The notes under the pieces are model-generated. The model made no database searches and was not told the DNA's origin. It worked only from the letters and a program-made list of their open reading frames with translations. DNA of 60,740 nucleotides, counting the filler. It is 4 parts of 4 records of this genome, joined end to end, with 100 filler letters (N's around TTAATTAATTAA, not from the genome) between each part and the next. Parts side by side here need not be neighbours in the genome. Positions count along the whole stretch, not along the records: positions 17,370 to 43,717 come from DRR378314_2224; positions 43,818 to 51,943 come from DRR378314_2229; 2 more parts are not named here. One strand, given 5' to 3'. Shown here in pieces: positions 35,122 through 44,879 of the stretch. Numbering within the stretch: position 1 is the first letter of the stretch; each line of letters begins with the position of its first letter. The position numbers were made by a program, and so were the translations under genes.

Positions 35122-35763
35122 TCAGGACGAGATAGAGGACGTCAGCATCTCCATGGTATGACGGATCAGTGATTCTGCAGAAAGACTGTCCTCCAGGCCG
35201 CTTTCAGCCATTTCGCTCTGGCATAGCATGATGACGCCGTGGAGCGCGCCACGGAGGTAGAGCGCAGTCTCAACCGGGTTGTGGATGCGTTCGCGGTTCA
35301 TGGTGCCGTCTTCCAGTCCAAGGTGTATCGCACCGACCATCAGCTCCATGGTTTCCGCCTTGCAGCAAAACATCTCACCTGCCAGCTCATCATCGGCCTC
35401 TATCATTGCCGTGGAGGCCGTTGTCAGTGCGGAGAAGTAATCCGGCTGCTCGCGGTAGAAGTTGTAATAGGCGACCCCCATGGCTGATATCTGAGCCAGC
35501 CCGGTATCCGCCGTCTGGCGCGCCTCCTCGAAGCGACGGCACAGGCTGTGGCCGGCACGCAGCATGATGCCGCGCTGGATTGCCGCCTTATCCTTGAAGT
35601 AGACGTACAACAATGCGCGGCTGAGTGCTGCCGTGCGGGCGATATCGTCCATGGACGTGCGCTCGTAGCCCTTCTCCGAAAACACCAGCTCTGCAGCATC
35701 CAGGATGCTGTCGTATCTGGCTTGCTTCTCTTTCTCTCTACGGGTTTTTAACGGCTCACTCAT
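35122..35763 (-). CDS. TetR/AcrR-family transcriptional regulator
   Basis: ILDAAELVFSEKGYERTSMDDIARTAALSRALLYVYFKDK HTH. Divergent from the RND operon. Confidence 0.92.
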   Translation of the reverse strand: MSEPLKTRREKEKQARYDSILDAAELVFSEKGYERTSMDDIARTAALSRALLYVYFKDKAAIQRGIMLRAGHSLCRRFEEARQTADTGLAQISAMGVAYYNFYREQPDYFSALTTASTAMIEADDELAGEMFCCKAETMELMVGAIHLGLEDGTMNRERIHNPVETALYLRGALHGVIMLCQSEMAESGLEDSLSAESLIRHTMEMLTSSISS

Positions 35764-35826
35764 AGGGGATTCCGGATAATTGAGACTGCGCTCTCATGAT
35801 ACATGGTTGGGGATGAAAGCTGATTA

Positions 35827-35858
35827 TTGACAAATTGTCAAAGAATGACATTATGTCT
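35827..35858. promoter_or_regulatory. Tandem TGACA-N3-TGTC(A) operator palindromes overlapping a TTGACA -35 box
   Basis: TTGACA-AAT-TGTCAA (35827-35841) and TGACA-TTA-TGTCT (35846-35858) between tetR and the MFP gene. Confidence 0.6.
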
Positions 35859-35927
35859 GATAATGAATTTTTGTCCATCGGATGGATGATGAAAAAACAC
35901 CGTGACCATGGAAGAGAGGACTACTCA

Positions 35928-37007
35928 ATGAACACCGCCAGGCGCTCCGCCATTGTTTCCCTTATCGCCGCTGCAGGCCTGCTTGTTGGCGGCTGTAAAT
36001 CCAGTGAACCGGCTCCGGAACAGAGTGCTGCACCGGTGACGGTGCGTGCTGCTGACGTGACGGGCGGCCAGACGGAAGGGGTGTCCCTGCGCTTTTCTGG
36101 CATTGTGCGGGCAGCCCAGCGGGCAACGCTCACGTTCCAGGTCAGTGGTACCCTGCGTGAGCGTGCGGTTGAACTGGGGCAAACCGTGAAGACCGGTGAC
36201 CTGCTGGCACGGGTGTATAACCCCGCACTGGAGCCGGCGCGGGATTCCGCCGCTGCCCGGCTGGACGAACTGAGAACCCAATATGACCAGGCCAAGCGGG
36301 AATGGGAGCGTTCCCGCCAACTGCATGAGCGTGGGGTGGTGTCGGAGCAGGGGCTGGAGCAACTGGCCTCCCGGCGAGACAGTTTGAAGGCCAGCATGGC
36401 GACGGCTGAGGCGTCACTGGCCGAGGCGACACGCCTGCTGCGGGAAAGCGAGCTGAGGGCGCCGTTCGACGGCCGGGTTGAAGCGTTGCTGGTGGAACGG
36501 GATGAGTTTGTTGCCTCCGGCCAGCCGGTGATGCGCCTGTCGTCCCCGGAAGGTCGTGAAGTGGAGGTGCGGGTGCCTGCGTACATGCTCAACCATGTGT
36601 CGCTGTCGCAACTGCTACCGGTTTGGTCGGTGCAGGACCGGAACCGGGCGCCGCTCACCGGCTCCATCGTGGAAATTGCTCAGCCTGGTGGTGTCCGCGG
36701 CGAGCTCCATCCGGTGCTGGTCAGCCTGCCAGCCGATACCCTGGAACCGGGGGAGCCGGTGGAAGTGGGCATTACGCCCCGTGAAACCGTGGCCACGACA
36801 GTGCCGCTGTTGTCGGTGATGAAATCCAACGGTGGTGCCAGCGTGTTCCGGGTTTCCGATGGCATTGCCCGGCGGGTGCCGGTGACGGTGCAACGGATTA
36901 TCGGTGAACGTGTGGTGGTGGATGCCACCGATCTTAGTGCCGGTGACCAGGTGGTCTTTGCGGGCATGACCCGCATTTCCGACGGTGATGCCGTGGAGGT
37001 GCGCTGA
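35928..37007 (+). CDS. RND efflux periplasmic adaptor (MFP), lipoprotein
   Basis: Lipobox LLVGGC, FQVSGTL, LRAPFDGRV, coiled coil. Start at ATG 35928 after GAGAGG. Confidence 0.88.
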   Translation: MNTARRSAIVSLIAAAGLLVGGCKSSEPAPEQSAAPVTVRAADVTGGQTEGVSLRFSGIVRAAQRATLTFQVSGTLRERAVELGQTVKTGDLLARVYNPALEPARDSAAARLDELRTQYDQAKREWERSRQLHERGVVSEQGLEQLASRRDSLKASMATAEASLAEATRLLRESELRAPFDGRVEALLVERDEFVASGQPVMRLSSPEGREVEVRVPAYMLNHVSLSQLLPVWSVQDRNRAPLTGSIVEIAQPGGVRGELHPVLVSLPADTLEPGEPVEVGITPRETVATTVPLLSVMKSNGGASVFRVSDGIARRVPVTVQRIIGERVVVDATDLSAGDQVVFAGMTRISDGDAVEVR

Positions 37008-40000
37008 TGTCATTGCGCCTGCTGAACTTTCAACGTTTGTTGGGCATGGTGGTGACCATGCTCTGTCTCTTGGGCATTGCGGCATACAGCACCATGCCGC
37101 GCCAGGAGGACCCGTCGTTTCCCTACCGTGCTGGCCTGATCACCATCAACTACCCGGGTGCCAGTGCCGAAGCCGTTGAACGGCTGGTACTGCAGCCCCT
37201 GTCAGACGAGCTGCGCCAGGTCGAGGAGGTGGATTTTACCCAGGCCACTGCCCGCACCGGCGTGGCGATTTTCAACGTGCGTCTGAATGACACCATTTAT
37301 GACACAGACTCGGCCTGGGATCGTGTGCGCCAGGCCATGGATCGAGCGCGCCTGGACTTCCCCGACGATGTCGGCCAGATGGTGCTCGACGACCGGTTGA
37401 TTGATATCCCCGCCATCATCCTGGCCGTGAGTGGGTCCGGTTCGGTCACTGAACTGAGCGATGTGGCGGAGCGGCTGAAACAGAACCTGGCGGATATTTC
37501 GGGCGTGTCCCGGATTGAGCTGGACGGTGACGCGGATGAGCAGATCACCCTGGCGCTGGACGACGCGGCCATGTACCGGCTGGGCATTTCCCCCGCGCGT
37601 GTCATGGACACGCTGGCCCGACGCAACCAGACCACACCCGGTGGCTTTGTCGTCGCCGACGGTCGCCGCCTGTCAGTGCTGCCCAACAGCGAATTTACCA
37701 GTGTGGACGCCATTCGAGCTACGCCCATCGAGCTGCCGGATGGCTCTCAGGTGCCATTGGCTGCCGCCGCCGAAGTCTGGCGTGGCCCGGCGGAACCACG
37801 ACAGCCGGAGGCCTGGTACGACGGCGAACGGGTAGTACTGGTTTCCATGATCATGGAAGAGGGTAGCACCGACGCTATCCGGTTTGGTGAGCGTGTACGG
37901 GAGCGGCTATCGACGATCCGTGAAGAGTTCGCCCCCTACGAAATCCGCGAGATGTTTTTCCAGCCCGACAAGGTTGAAGAGCGGCTTGATAACCTCGCCT
38001 GGAGCCTGGTGATGTCCGTCATCATCATTGTGGCCGTGGTGTTCACCGGTATGGGCATCCGGATGGGGCTTCTGGTGGCCTCAATCCTGCCGATGGTGGC
38101 ACTGATCAGTATCGGTCTTTACGATCTGGGTGGCGGGGTGCTGCACCAGATCGCTGTCATCGGCATGGTGATCTCCCTGGGTATCCTGATCGACAATGCC
38201 ATTGTGATTGTCGAGAGCATCCAGGGATACCTGGACGACGGCATGCGACGGCTGGACGCCTTGAAGCAGTCCGTCAAGGAGCTGGCGGGGCCACTGGGGG
38301 CGTCCACTGGCACCACCATCGCTGCCTTCATGCCGTTGTTGCTGTCCAAGGGCGGGACGGCGGATTTTACCCGTGGTGTACCGGTGATGATCATGCTCAC
38401 CCTGTCCGTCAGCTATCTGCTGGCGGTATCCGCCGTGCCGCTGCTGGCGGCCCGCTTCCTGAAACCCCGCAAGACAGACGCGCGCGAAGACAAGCTTGTT
38501 GGGCTTTCCCGTTATCTCGGTGGCCTGGTGGCCAGTCGTCCGGGGACCTTGATCCTTGCCGGCGCGGCACTGGTGGTGTTCAGCCTGTCACTGACACCGT
38601 TCATGAAACAGCAGTTTTTCCCCAACGCCGACCGTCCCCAGGTGGTGGTTGAGCTGTACATGCCCGAAGGCACGGACCAGGAGCGCACGGCCAGTGTGGC
38701 AGCTGACCTTGAGCGTGCGATCCGCACCCGGGCAGAGGCCCTGGAGGTGCACCGGTTTGTTGGATTTACCGGCCCCAGCTTCTATTACAACCTGCAGCGC
38801 GAGCCCCAGGCGCCGAACCGCGGACGAATCGTGGTATCAACGCCCACCCTGGAAGACACTACCGGTCTGGTGCAGTGGATTCGCGACTACGCCGGGCAGG
38901 AAATGCCGGAGCTGCAGCTGACGGCCGGCATATTGGGGCAGGGGCCGCCACGGGCGGCGCCGGTGGAAGTGCGGGTGTACCATGCCAACGACGATACCCG
39001 TGCCCGCGCCGTCGAACAGGTGTTCTCAGCGTTGCGTGGCGTTAAAGGCACGGTGGATGTGCGCCACAACCTGGATATTGGCGTACCGAGCATTGCCATC
39101 AACGTGGACGATGCCAGCGCGGCCCGCTATGGCCTGAACCGTGCTGATGTGGCCCAGAGCCTCTATGGTCAGAGCTTTGGCGTGGTGGCGGAGCAGTATC
39201 GACAGGAGGAGGACCCGATTCCCCTGGTGTTGCGTTCCCGTGAGGGTACCAGCCTGTCACTGCCGCGGCTGTTGTCGGTGAATATCTACAACGATCGGGG
39301 GGATGCCGTGCCTCTTTCAGCCATTGCCTCCGTCGAAACGTCCTGGCAATCGGCGGCGTTGTTCCAGCGCAATGGCACCCGGATGAATACGGTCTGGTCC
39401 AACTTGTTGACCGGATACAGCTTCAGTCAGGCCCTGGAGGGGCTGGACGCGAGGCTTGCAGATAATCCCTTGCCTCCGGGTACACGGCTGGACATGGGCG
39501 GTGACGCCGAAGGCTCCGGTGATGCCAACAACGCCTTGCTGACCACGGCGCCTATTGGCGTGTTGCTGTTACTGTTCTTCTTGCTGATTCAGTTCAATTC
39601 TTTCCGGCGTGTTGGCATTATTCTGCTGACCGTGCCATTGGCCACCGTGGGTATCTTCCCGGGGTTGGTATTCTCCGGCTCACCGTTTGGTTTCCAGTCG
39701 CTGCTGGGCGTCATCGCACTGGTGGGGATTGTGGTGAACAACGCCATCGTATTGCTCGATGTTATGGACCGGCAGTTGGAGAAAGGCGATGACATCCGCG
39801 ACGCCGTCCGCAAGGCGGTGGAGCAGCGGACCCGGCCCATCCTGTTGACCACCGCGACCACGGTCGCCGGCTTGCTGCCGTTGGCGTTTTCCAGTTCAAC
39901 CCTGTGGCCACCCATGGCCTGGGCCATTATCTCCGGCCTGCTGGCCTCCACGGTACTGACGCTGCTGGTGGTACCGTCGGTCTGCACGCGGGTGATCAGC

Positions 40001-40036
40001 TGTAAGGTGGCGGAGCCAGAGAATGCACCGGCCTAG
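37007..40036 (+). CDS. RND efflux transporter permease (AcrB/AcrD/AcrF family)
   Basis: 1009 aa. PRQEDP, YPGASAEAVE, TM4 GILIDNAIV, TM10 GIVVNNAIV, RTRPILLTT. Confidence 0.92.
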   Translation: MSLRLLNFQRLLGMVVTMLCLLGIAAYSTMPRQEDPSFPYRAGLITINYPGASAEAVERLVLQPLSDELRQVEEVDFTQATARTGVAIFNVRLNDTIYDTDSAWDRVRQAMDRARLDFPDDVGQMVLDDRLIDIPAIILAVSGSGSVTELSDVAERLKQNLADISGVSRIELDGDADEQITLALDDAAMYRLGISPARVMDTLARRNQTTPGGFVVADGRRLSVLPNSEFTSVDAIRATPIELPDGSQVPLAAAAEVWRGPAEPRQPEAWYDGERVVLVSMIMEEGSTDAIRFGERVRERLSTIREEFAPYEIREMFFQPDKVEERLDNLAWSLVMSVIIIVAVVFTGMGIRMGLLVASILPMVALISIGLYDLGGGVLHQIAVIGMVISLGILIDNAIVIVESIQGYLDDGMRRLDALKQSVKELAGPLGASTGTTIAAFMPLLLSKGGTADFTRGVPVMIMLTLSVSYLLAVSAVPLLAARFLKPRKTDAREDKLVGLSRYLGGLVASRPGTLILAGAALVVFSLSLTPFMKQQFFPNADRPQVVVELYMPEGTDQERTASVAADLERAIRTRAEALEVHRFVGFTGPSFYYNLQREPQAPNRGRIVVSTPTLEDTTGLVQWIRDYAGQEMPELQLTAGILGQGPPRAAPVEVRVYHANDDTRARAVEQVFSALRGVKGTVDVRHNLDIGVPSIAINVDDASAARYGLNRADVAQSLYGQSFGVVAEQYRQEEDPIPLVLRSREGTSLSLPRLLSVNIYNDRGDAVPLSAIASVETSWQSAALFQRNGTRMNTVWSNLLTGYSFSQALEGLDARLADNPLPPGTRLDMGGDAEGSGDANNALLTTAPIGVLLLLFFLLIQFNSFRRVGIILLTVPLATVGIFPGLVFSGSPFGFQSLLGVIALVGIVVNNAIVLLDVMDRQLEKGDDIRDAVRKAVEQRTRPILLTTATTVAGLLPLAFSSSTLWPPMAWAIISGLLASTVLTLLVVPSVCTRVISCKVAEPENAPA

Positions 40037-41055
40037 CCGCGAGTGGGCCTGATCATCAGGCCCACTCGCTGGCCCACGGGCACGTTGCGGTTGGGGAACA
40101 CAACACCTTCTGGCGTGTCGCCTACCGTATAGCGGGTGTCACCATCTTCCCAGATCACTGTGCCCGGGTCGTACATGGTGAAATTGGCGACATCGTCCGG
40201 CACATGGAATTGGAAGCTATCGCCGGTGTTCAGGATTTCGTGCACCACTTCAAACTCTGCTATCGGTGGTGATGCCTTGTCTCTCTTCGGGGGTGCCTCG
40301 CCTTTCAGTCGCCGTCGCAGGGCACTGGTAATCCCCGTAAACCGGCTAAGGTCGTTCTGCCCGAACGGCCTTACTTTGCCAAGCTCCACCGTAAAGCTCT
40401 CTGCTCCGAGCTCAGACGATGAAAACGAGGCAAAGGTGGTGCCTTCACGGTGCTGCAATAGCAAGGTTTCCACCTCCGCTTCCAGCAGAAAATCTACCTG
40501 CCTCTCGGGAACATCTCGTCCTTCCACATACGGATAGAGTGCAAACTTTTCTCGCAGCGATGGGCGAATGGCCGTGTGCAGATCATAGTGGCATACGTTG
40601 GCTGAGTGCTTGGCGGCGAAGGCTTTGCATGCATCTTCCAGCAACCGTGCACGTTCCGCCTCGGGGCAACCCCGGTATTCCGGTTTACGGTGGGCGCCGC
40701 CGAACAGGCGGTTGAGGTTCACATCAATAAAGCGCTGGCCGGCGTCCATCGCGGGTGGGTTGCCAAGGATCAACAGTGCCGGGCAGGCCAGTTGCCATCG
40801 ACCGTCGATCAGCTCATTGAGTAGATGGTTCAGAACTTCAATGGGTGCGGTTTCATTACCATGTATGCCGGCGGAAACAATCAGCGACTCATTATTGGGG
40901 TTGGGGCGACCAGCGGGAGGTTCCAGGTAGAGGAGCCCGGAGTCTTGTAGCTGCAGTCCCGTGCCGTCGTCCAGAACAACAATCTTTTCAGACGCTGCGT
41001 GCTCCGCTCGCGCGAGCGTGTGAGAAAGCCAATCAAGGCCGGAACCAAAAATCAT
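40033..41055 (-). CDS. astE: Succinylglutamate desuccinylase
   Basis: SAGIHGNETAPIE, GNPPA, NLNRLF, HYDLHTAIR, FTVELGKVRPFGQN, VFPN. Confidence 0.9.
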   Translation of the reverse strand: MIFGSGLDWLSHTLARAEHAASEKIVVLDDGTGLQLQDSGLLYLEPPAGRPNPNNESLIVSAGIHGNETAPIEVLNHLLNELIDGRWQLACPALLILGNPPAMDAGQRFIDVNLNRLFGGAHRKPEYRGCPEAERARLLEDACKAFAAKHSANVCHYDLHTAIRPSLREKFALYPYVEGRDVPERQVDFLLEAEVETLLLQHREGTTFASFSSSELGAESFTVELGKVRPFGQNDLSRFTGITSALRRRLKGEAPPKRDKASPPIAEFEVVHEILNTGDSFQFHVPDDVANFTMYDPGTVIWEDGDTRYTVGDTPEGVVFPNRNVPVGQRVGLMIRPTRG

Positions 41056-41094
41056 TTCACCTGCGCTCCTGACTTCCTGGCACTGTGGGATTTG

Positions 41095-41817
41095 TCAGCC
41101 ACTAACCGGCCGCTGATGCTGCAACAGATAGTTTTCCAGCTTGCGGAAGGCAAACACCAGCATGAACGTTAATACCATGTAGAGCAGTGCCACAAAGATA
41201 AACGCGTCAAAGGGGGCGTAGAACCGGGAATAAATATTCCGCGCCGCGCCGGTCAGGTCCACCAGGGTTACCACGCTGGCAATGGCACTGGCGTGAAGCA
41301 TGAAGATAACTTCGTTGGAATACGCCTGCACACCCCGCCTGGCCGCGCTCGGCAGGATTATCCGGCGCATCCGCAGTGCCCAGCTCATGCCATAGGCCTT
41401 TGCGGCCTCAATCTCACCACTGGGCGTGGCCACAATGGCACCGCGGATGATTTCCGTGGTGTAGGCGGCGGTATTCAGAGTGAAGGCCAACAGGGCCGGG
41501 TAGAAGGCTTCGCGGAAGATATCCCACCAGAACGTTTGCTGGATGCCTTCTATCTGTGCAAGCCCGTAGTAAATGATGTACAGCTGGATCAGCAGTGGGG
41601 TGCCCCGGAAAATGTAGGTATAGAACCAGACTGGGCCGTTGATCAGCGGGTTCTTTGAAGTACGCATGATCGCCAGGGGAACGGCGAGTACCAGGCCCAG
41701 GATCAGCGACAGGAAGACCAGTTGCACCGTCGTTACCAGGCCGCCCCAATATTCCATAATCGTGGGAGCGGTAAAGATGTCGTTCTGGTTCAGCAGTTCA
41801 GCAAGAAATTCAGGCAT
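41095..41817 (-). CDS. Polar amino acid ABC permease (HisM/AotM-like)
   Basis: FRGTPLLIQLY, LNTAAYTTEIIRG, GEIEAAKAYGMS. Confidence 0.9.
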   Translation of the reverse strand: MPEFLAELLNQNDIFTAPTIMEYWGGLVTTVQLVFLSLILGLVLAVPLAIMRTSKNPLINGPVWFYTYIFRGTPLLIQLYIIYYGLAQIEGIQQTFWWDIFREAFYPALLAFTLNTAAYTTEIIRGAIVATPSGEIEAAKAYGMSWALRMRRIILPSAARRGVQAYSNEVIFMLHASAIASVVTLVDLTGAARNIYSRFYAPFDAFIFVALLYMVLTFMLVFAFRKLENYLLQHQRPVSG

Positions 41818-41820
41818 GGT

Positions 41821-42525
41821 TCAGCTCCCCTGTACCACGCCAATATTGGCGCGCTTGTTGAGCCACTTGATAAACAGCTCGGAACCGGCTGTCAGGCTGA
41901 GATAGACAAACGCCACCGGAATAAAGAAATGGAACGGCATGCGTTCGGCCTTGGCCGCTTCCTCGGCGACCCGCACCATATCGGTCAGGCCGATGATGGA
42001 CACCAGTGCCGTGGTTTTGAGCAGTACCTGCCAGTTATTGCCGATACCCGGCAGGGCATGGCGTAGCATCTGCGGTAAAATGATTCGGTGAAAGGTGCGC
42101 CAGCGGCTGAAACCATAAGCGCGGGCGGCTTCAATCTGGCCGCTTTCCACTGCGAGAAACGCGCCACGGAAGGTCTCCGCCATGTAGGCACCGAAGATCA
42201 GACCAATGGTGATAACGCCGGAGATGAACGGGTCAAACTGGAAGAAGAAGTCTACGTCGTAGGCTTCGTAGAGGTAATCCGACAGGTTGTTAACCGCGAC
42301 CTGACCGCCGTAATAGAACAGCAGCATCATGACCAGATCCGGTACGCCACGGATCAGAGTGGTGTAGGTGGTCGCAATCCCAATGGCTACCCGGCTTTTG
42401 GACAGTTTGGCAGACGCGCCAATCAGCCCCAGAACCAGCGCGAGGGCAAGGGAAAAGAAGGCCAGTTCTATGGTGACCACGGCTCCTTCCAGCAGAGCCG
42501 GGCCGTAGCCTTTCAAGTCAATCAT
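41821..42525 (-). CDS. Polar amino acid ABC permease (HisQ/AotQ-like)
   Basis: YTTLIRGVPDLV, GAYMAETFRGA, GQIEAARAYG, ALPGIGNNWQVLLKTTAL. Confidence 0.9.
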   Translation of the reverse strand: MIDLKGYGPALLEGAVVTIELAFFSLALALVLGLIGASAKLSKSRVAIGIATTYTTLIRGVPDLVMMLLFYYGGQVAVNNLSDYLYEAYDVDFFFQFDPFISGVITIGLIFGAYMAETFRGAFLAVESGQIEAARAYGFSRWRTFHRIILPQMLRHALPGIGNNWQVLLKTTALVSIIGLTDMVRVAEEAAKAERMPFHFFIPVAFVYLSLTAGSELFIKWLNKRANIGVVQGS

Positions 42526-42542
42526 GGGTACATCCGGTAAGC

Positions 42543-42567
42543 GGGGGCAGCAACAACCGCTGCCCCC
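42543..42567 (-). other. GC-rich hairpin after the binding-protein gene (mRNA stabiliser or partial terminator)
   Basis: Stem GGGGGCAGC/GCTGCCCCC with no clear U-tract. Confidence 0.5.
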
Positions 42568-42576
42568 CGGCCATTT

Positions 42577-43329
42577 TTACATCTTGATGTCGTAAGCGAA
42601 GTACTTTTCCATGATGGTATCGTAGGTACCATCTTCCTTCAGGGTGGCCAGCGCCTCGTTCACTTCCTGTGCCAGTTCCTCGTCACGCTTGCGCATGGCA
42701 ACGCCCACGCCTTGGCCCAGCTTGACCGGCTCGCCAACTTCCTTGAAGCCATCCTTGCTCAGGACGGTCTGCTCGCCAACCGGGTAGTCCACAAAGACCA
42801 CATCCAGGCGCTGACCTTCCAGGTCAAGGACCATGTCGTCAGCGGTGGTGTAGCGTTTGATGGTCACAACGCCGCCCATTTCCTCGGTCACAAAGGTGTC
42901 CATGGTGGTGCCGCGCTGAACCCCGACGGTTTTACCTTCCATGGCGGACATGTCGGTAACGTCGGTGTCAAAGCTCTCGGGGCCGAACCAGCCACCCGGA
43001 GTGTTGTAGTACGGCTCGGAGAACAGGACACGCTCAGCACGCTCGGGCGTGATGGACATGGAAGACATGATCAGGTCGAACTTGCGCGCCAGCAGGCCCG
43101 GAATCATACCGTCCCATGCCTGGATAACGAATTCGCAGTTGGCGTTCATCTCTTCGCACATGGCTTCGGCCAGTTCCACTTCGAAACCGGTCAGCTCGCC
43201 GTTTTCATCCTTGTACTCGAACGGCTCGTAGGGCACGTCGAAGGCGATGCGAAGGTTACGTTCCTGGGCGTGGGCGACACCGGCCATCATGGCCAGGGCG
43301 ACGCTTGCTGCAACAATCAGTTTTCTCAT
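42577..43329 (-). CDS. Basic amino acid (Arg/Orn/Lys) ABC solute-binding protein (HisJ/AotJ-like)
   Basis: Signal peptide, YEPFEY, WDGMIPGLLARKFD, SMSITPER, GVQRGT. ast context. Confidence 0.9.
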   Translation of the reverse strand: MRKLIVAASVALAMMAGVAHAQERNLRIAFDVPYEPFEYKDENGELTGFEVELAEAMCEEMNANCEFVIQAWDGMIPGLLARKFDLIMSSMSITPERAERVLFSEPYYNTPGGWFGPESFDTDVTDMSAMEGKTVGVQRGTTMDTFVTEEMGGVVTIKRYTTADDMVLDLEGQRLDVVFVDYPVGEQTVLSKDGFKEVGEPVKLGQGVGVAMRKRDEELAQEVNEALATLKEDGTYDTIMEKYFAYDIKM

Positions 43330-43464
43330 GAGTCACTTCTCCAGTAGTCAGCCTTGTGGGCTTTATTATCGGCAGTGGTCTGCCTTATTTTGCTGGTTTT
43401 GGCGTTTACTTCCGGGGCGGATCTGCCCCGACAAGGAAACATGGTTTCAAGATAGCACTGCACG

Positions 43465-43716
43465 TCAGAACTTGGGAGCCAGAAACTGCTTCATTCGTTC
43501 TGAGTCCGGATTGTCGAAGACTTTGTCCGGTGTGCCTTGCTCCTCGATCACGCCCTGATGCAAAAACAGGACCTGAGACGACACATCCCGCGCAAATGAC
43601 ATTTCGTGGGTGACCACGATCATGGTTCTGCCTTCTTCCGCGAGGTTCTGCATAACCTTCAAAACCTCACCAACGAGCTCGGGGTCGAGCGCGGAGGTGG
43701 GTTCGTCGAACAGCAT
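43465..43716 (-). CDS. Amino acid ABC ATPase (HisP/AotP-like), C-terminal fragment
   Basis: [19 protein letters not shown] and [10 protein letters not shown]. Truncated by the linker. Confidence 0.9.
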   Translation of the reverse strand: MLFDEPTSALDPELVGEVLKVMQNLAEEGRTMIVVTHEMSFARDVSSQVLFLHQGVIEEQGTPDKVFDNPDSERMKQFLAPKF

Positions 43717-43717
43717 C

Positions 43718-43817
43718 NNNNNNNNNNNNNNNNNNNNNNNNNNNNNNNNNNNNNNNNNNNNTTAATTAATTAANNNNNNNNNNNNNNNNNNNNNNNNNNN
43801 NNNNNNNNNNNNNNNNN
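43718..43817. other. Artificial contig-joining linker
   Basis: N44-TTAATTAATTAA-N44. Confidence 0.97.
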
Positions 43818-43819
43818 TC

Positions 43820-44188
43820 CCTGGCCCCGGTCTGGGCGTGCGCATTCTGGGTGAAGTGAAGAAAGAGTACGCCGACATCCTGCGCGATGCCGACGCTATC
43901 TACATCGAAGAACTGCGCGCCGCCGGTTGGTACGAAAAAACCAGCCAAGCCTTCGCCGTGTTCCTACCGGTGAAATCGGTAGGTGTAGTAGGCGACGGCC
44001 GCCGCTACGAATGGGTTATCGCGCTACGCGCGGTCGAAACCATCGATTTCATGACCGCCCGCTGGGCGCACCTGCCCTACGAGCTGCTGGAGAAGGTTTC
44101 CAACCGCATTATCAATGAGTTGGAAGGCGTTTCTCGGGTGACTTATGACGTGAGCAGCAAGCCGCCTGCTACTATTGAGTGGGAGTAG
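43820..44188 (+). CDS. guaA: GMP synthase, C-terminal fragment
   Basis: [47 protein letters not shown]. Confidence 0.97.
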   Translation, partial: PGPGLGVRILGEVKKEYADILRDADAIYIEELRAAGWYEKTSQAFAVFLPVKSVGVVGDGRRYEWVIALRAVETIDFMTARWAHLPYELLEKVSNRIINELEGVSRVTYDVSSKPPATIEWE

Positions 44189-44210
44189 GTCGGTTATTGG
44201 TGAATAAGAC

Positions 44211-44235
44211 AAGCCCCTGCAATGCAGGGGTTTTT
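44211..44235 (+). terminator. Intrinsic terminator after guaA
   Basis: CCCCTGCA/TGCAGGGG stem followed by TTTTT. Confidence 0.75.
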
Positions 44236-44851
44236 ATGATGCGGCCTTCCCATGCCTTGTGTCGTCTGAAATGAGAAAGGCACGGGAACAGACCCCTTAC
44301 TAAGCGTGTTCGGGCTCTACGATATCGGCTTTAAAGGTATGTAAGGTCGGTAATGATACGCTGGTCTGGACTTCCATAGCCTGTACTGCATCACCTTGTC
44401 TTTTAACGCAGTGATTTGCTTGTGGCCAAAGTTGCTATTGAAAATGTGAAGAGCACCACATGCTGGTCATCGAAACGGTTGTGTTTAAGAGCCATGGGGT
44501 ATGACTATAAAACCACACTGGCGAGCCTAGCGGGATGCTCTTGAAGGAAGTCAGGTCAAGGATACGCCTAGTAATGTCGGGCAGCATTTTGCTTCAGCTA
44601 AGTGGGCTTGGTCCTGGCCTGAGTATGGTATGGATGACTTGTTTATGCTGAATATTAAGGCTCAGGTCGCCGCGTAAGACGGCACAAGAGTAATGAACTT
44701 GCTAAGAATATCTCAGGCAATTACTTCTCATTCAAGGTGTAAATCGTAGCGAGCGGGAATGTCCGCCGTTACCGATGTGCAGGTATTTACAAGCTGTCTT
44801 GTTGTATGTTGGCGAAATAGGGGAAAGTGAGCGGAAGGGGGAGAATAGAGC

Positions 44852-44876
44852 GCCCCTCTGGAGCGCTCCGAGGGGC
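44852..44876 (-). terminator. Hairpin directly after the ABC binding-protein gene
   Basis: GCCCCTC-T-GGAGC/GCTCC-GAGGGGC, with a weak downstream pyrimidine tract. Confidence 0.5.
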
Positions 44877-44879
44877 AGG

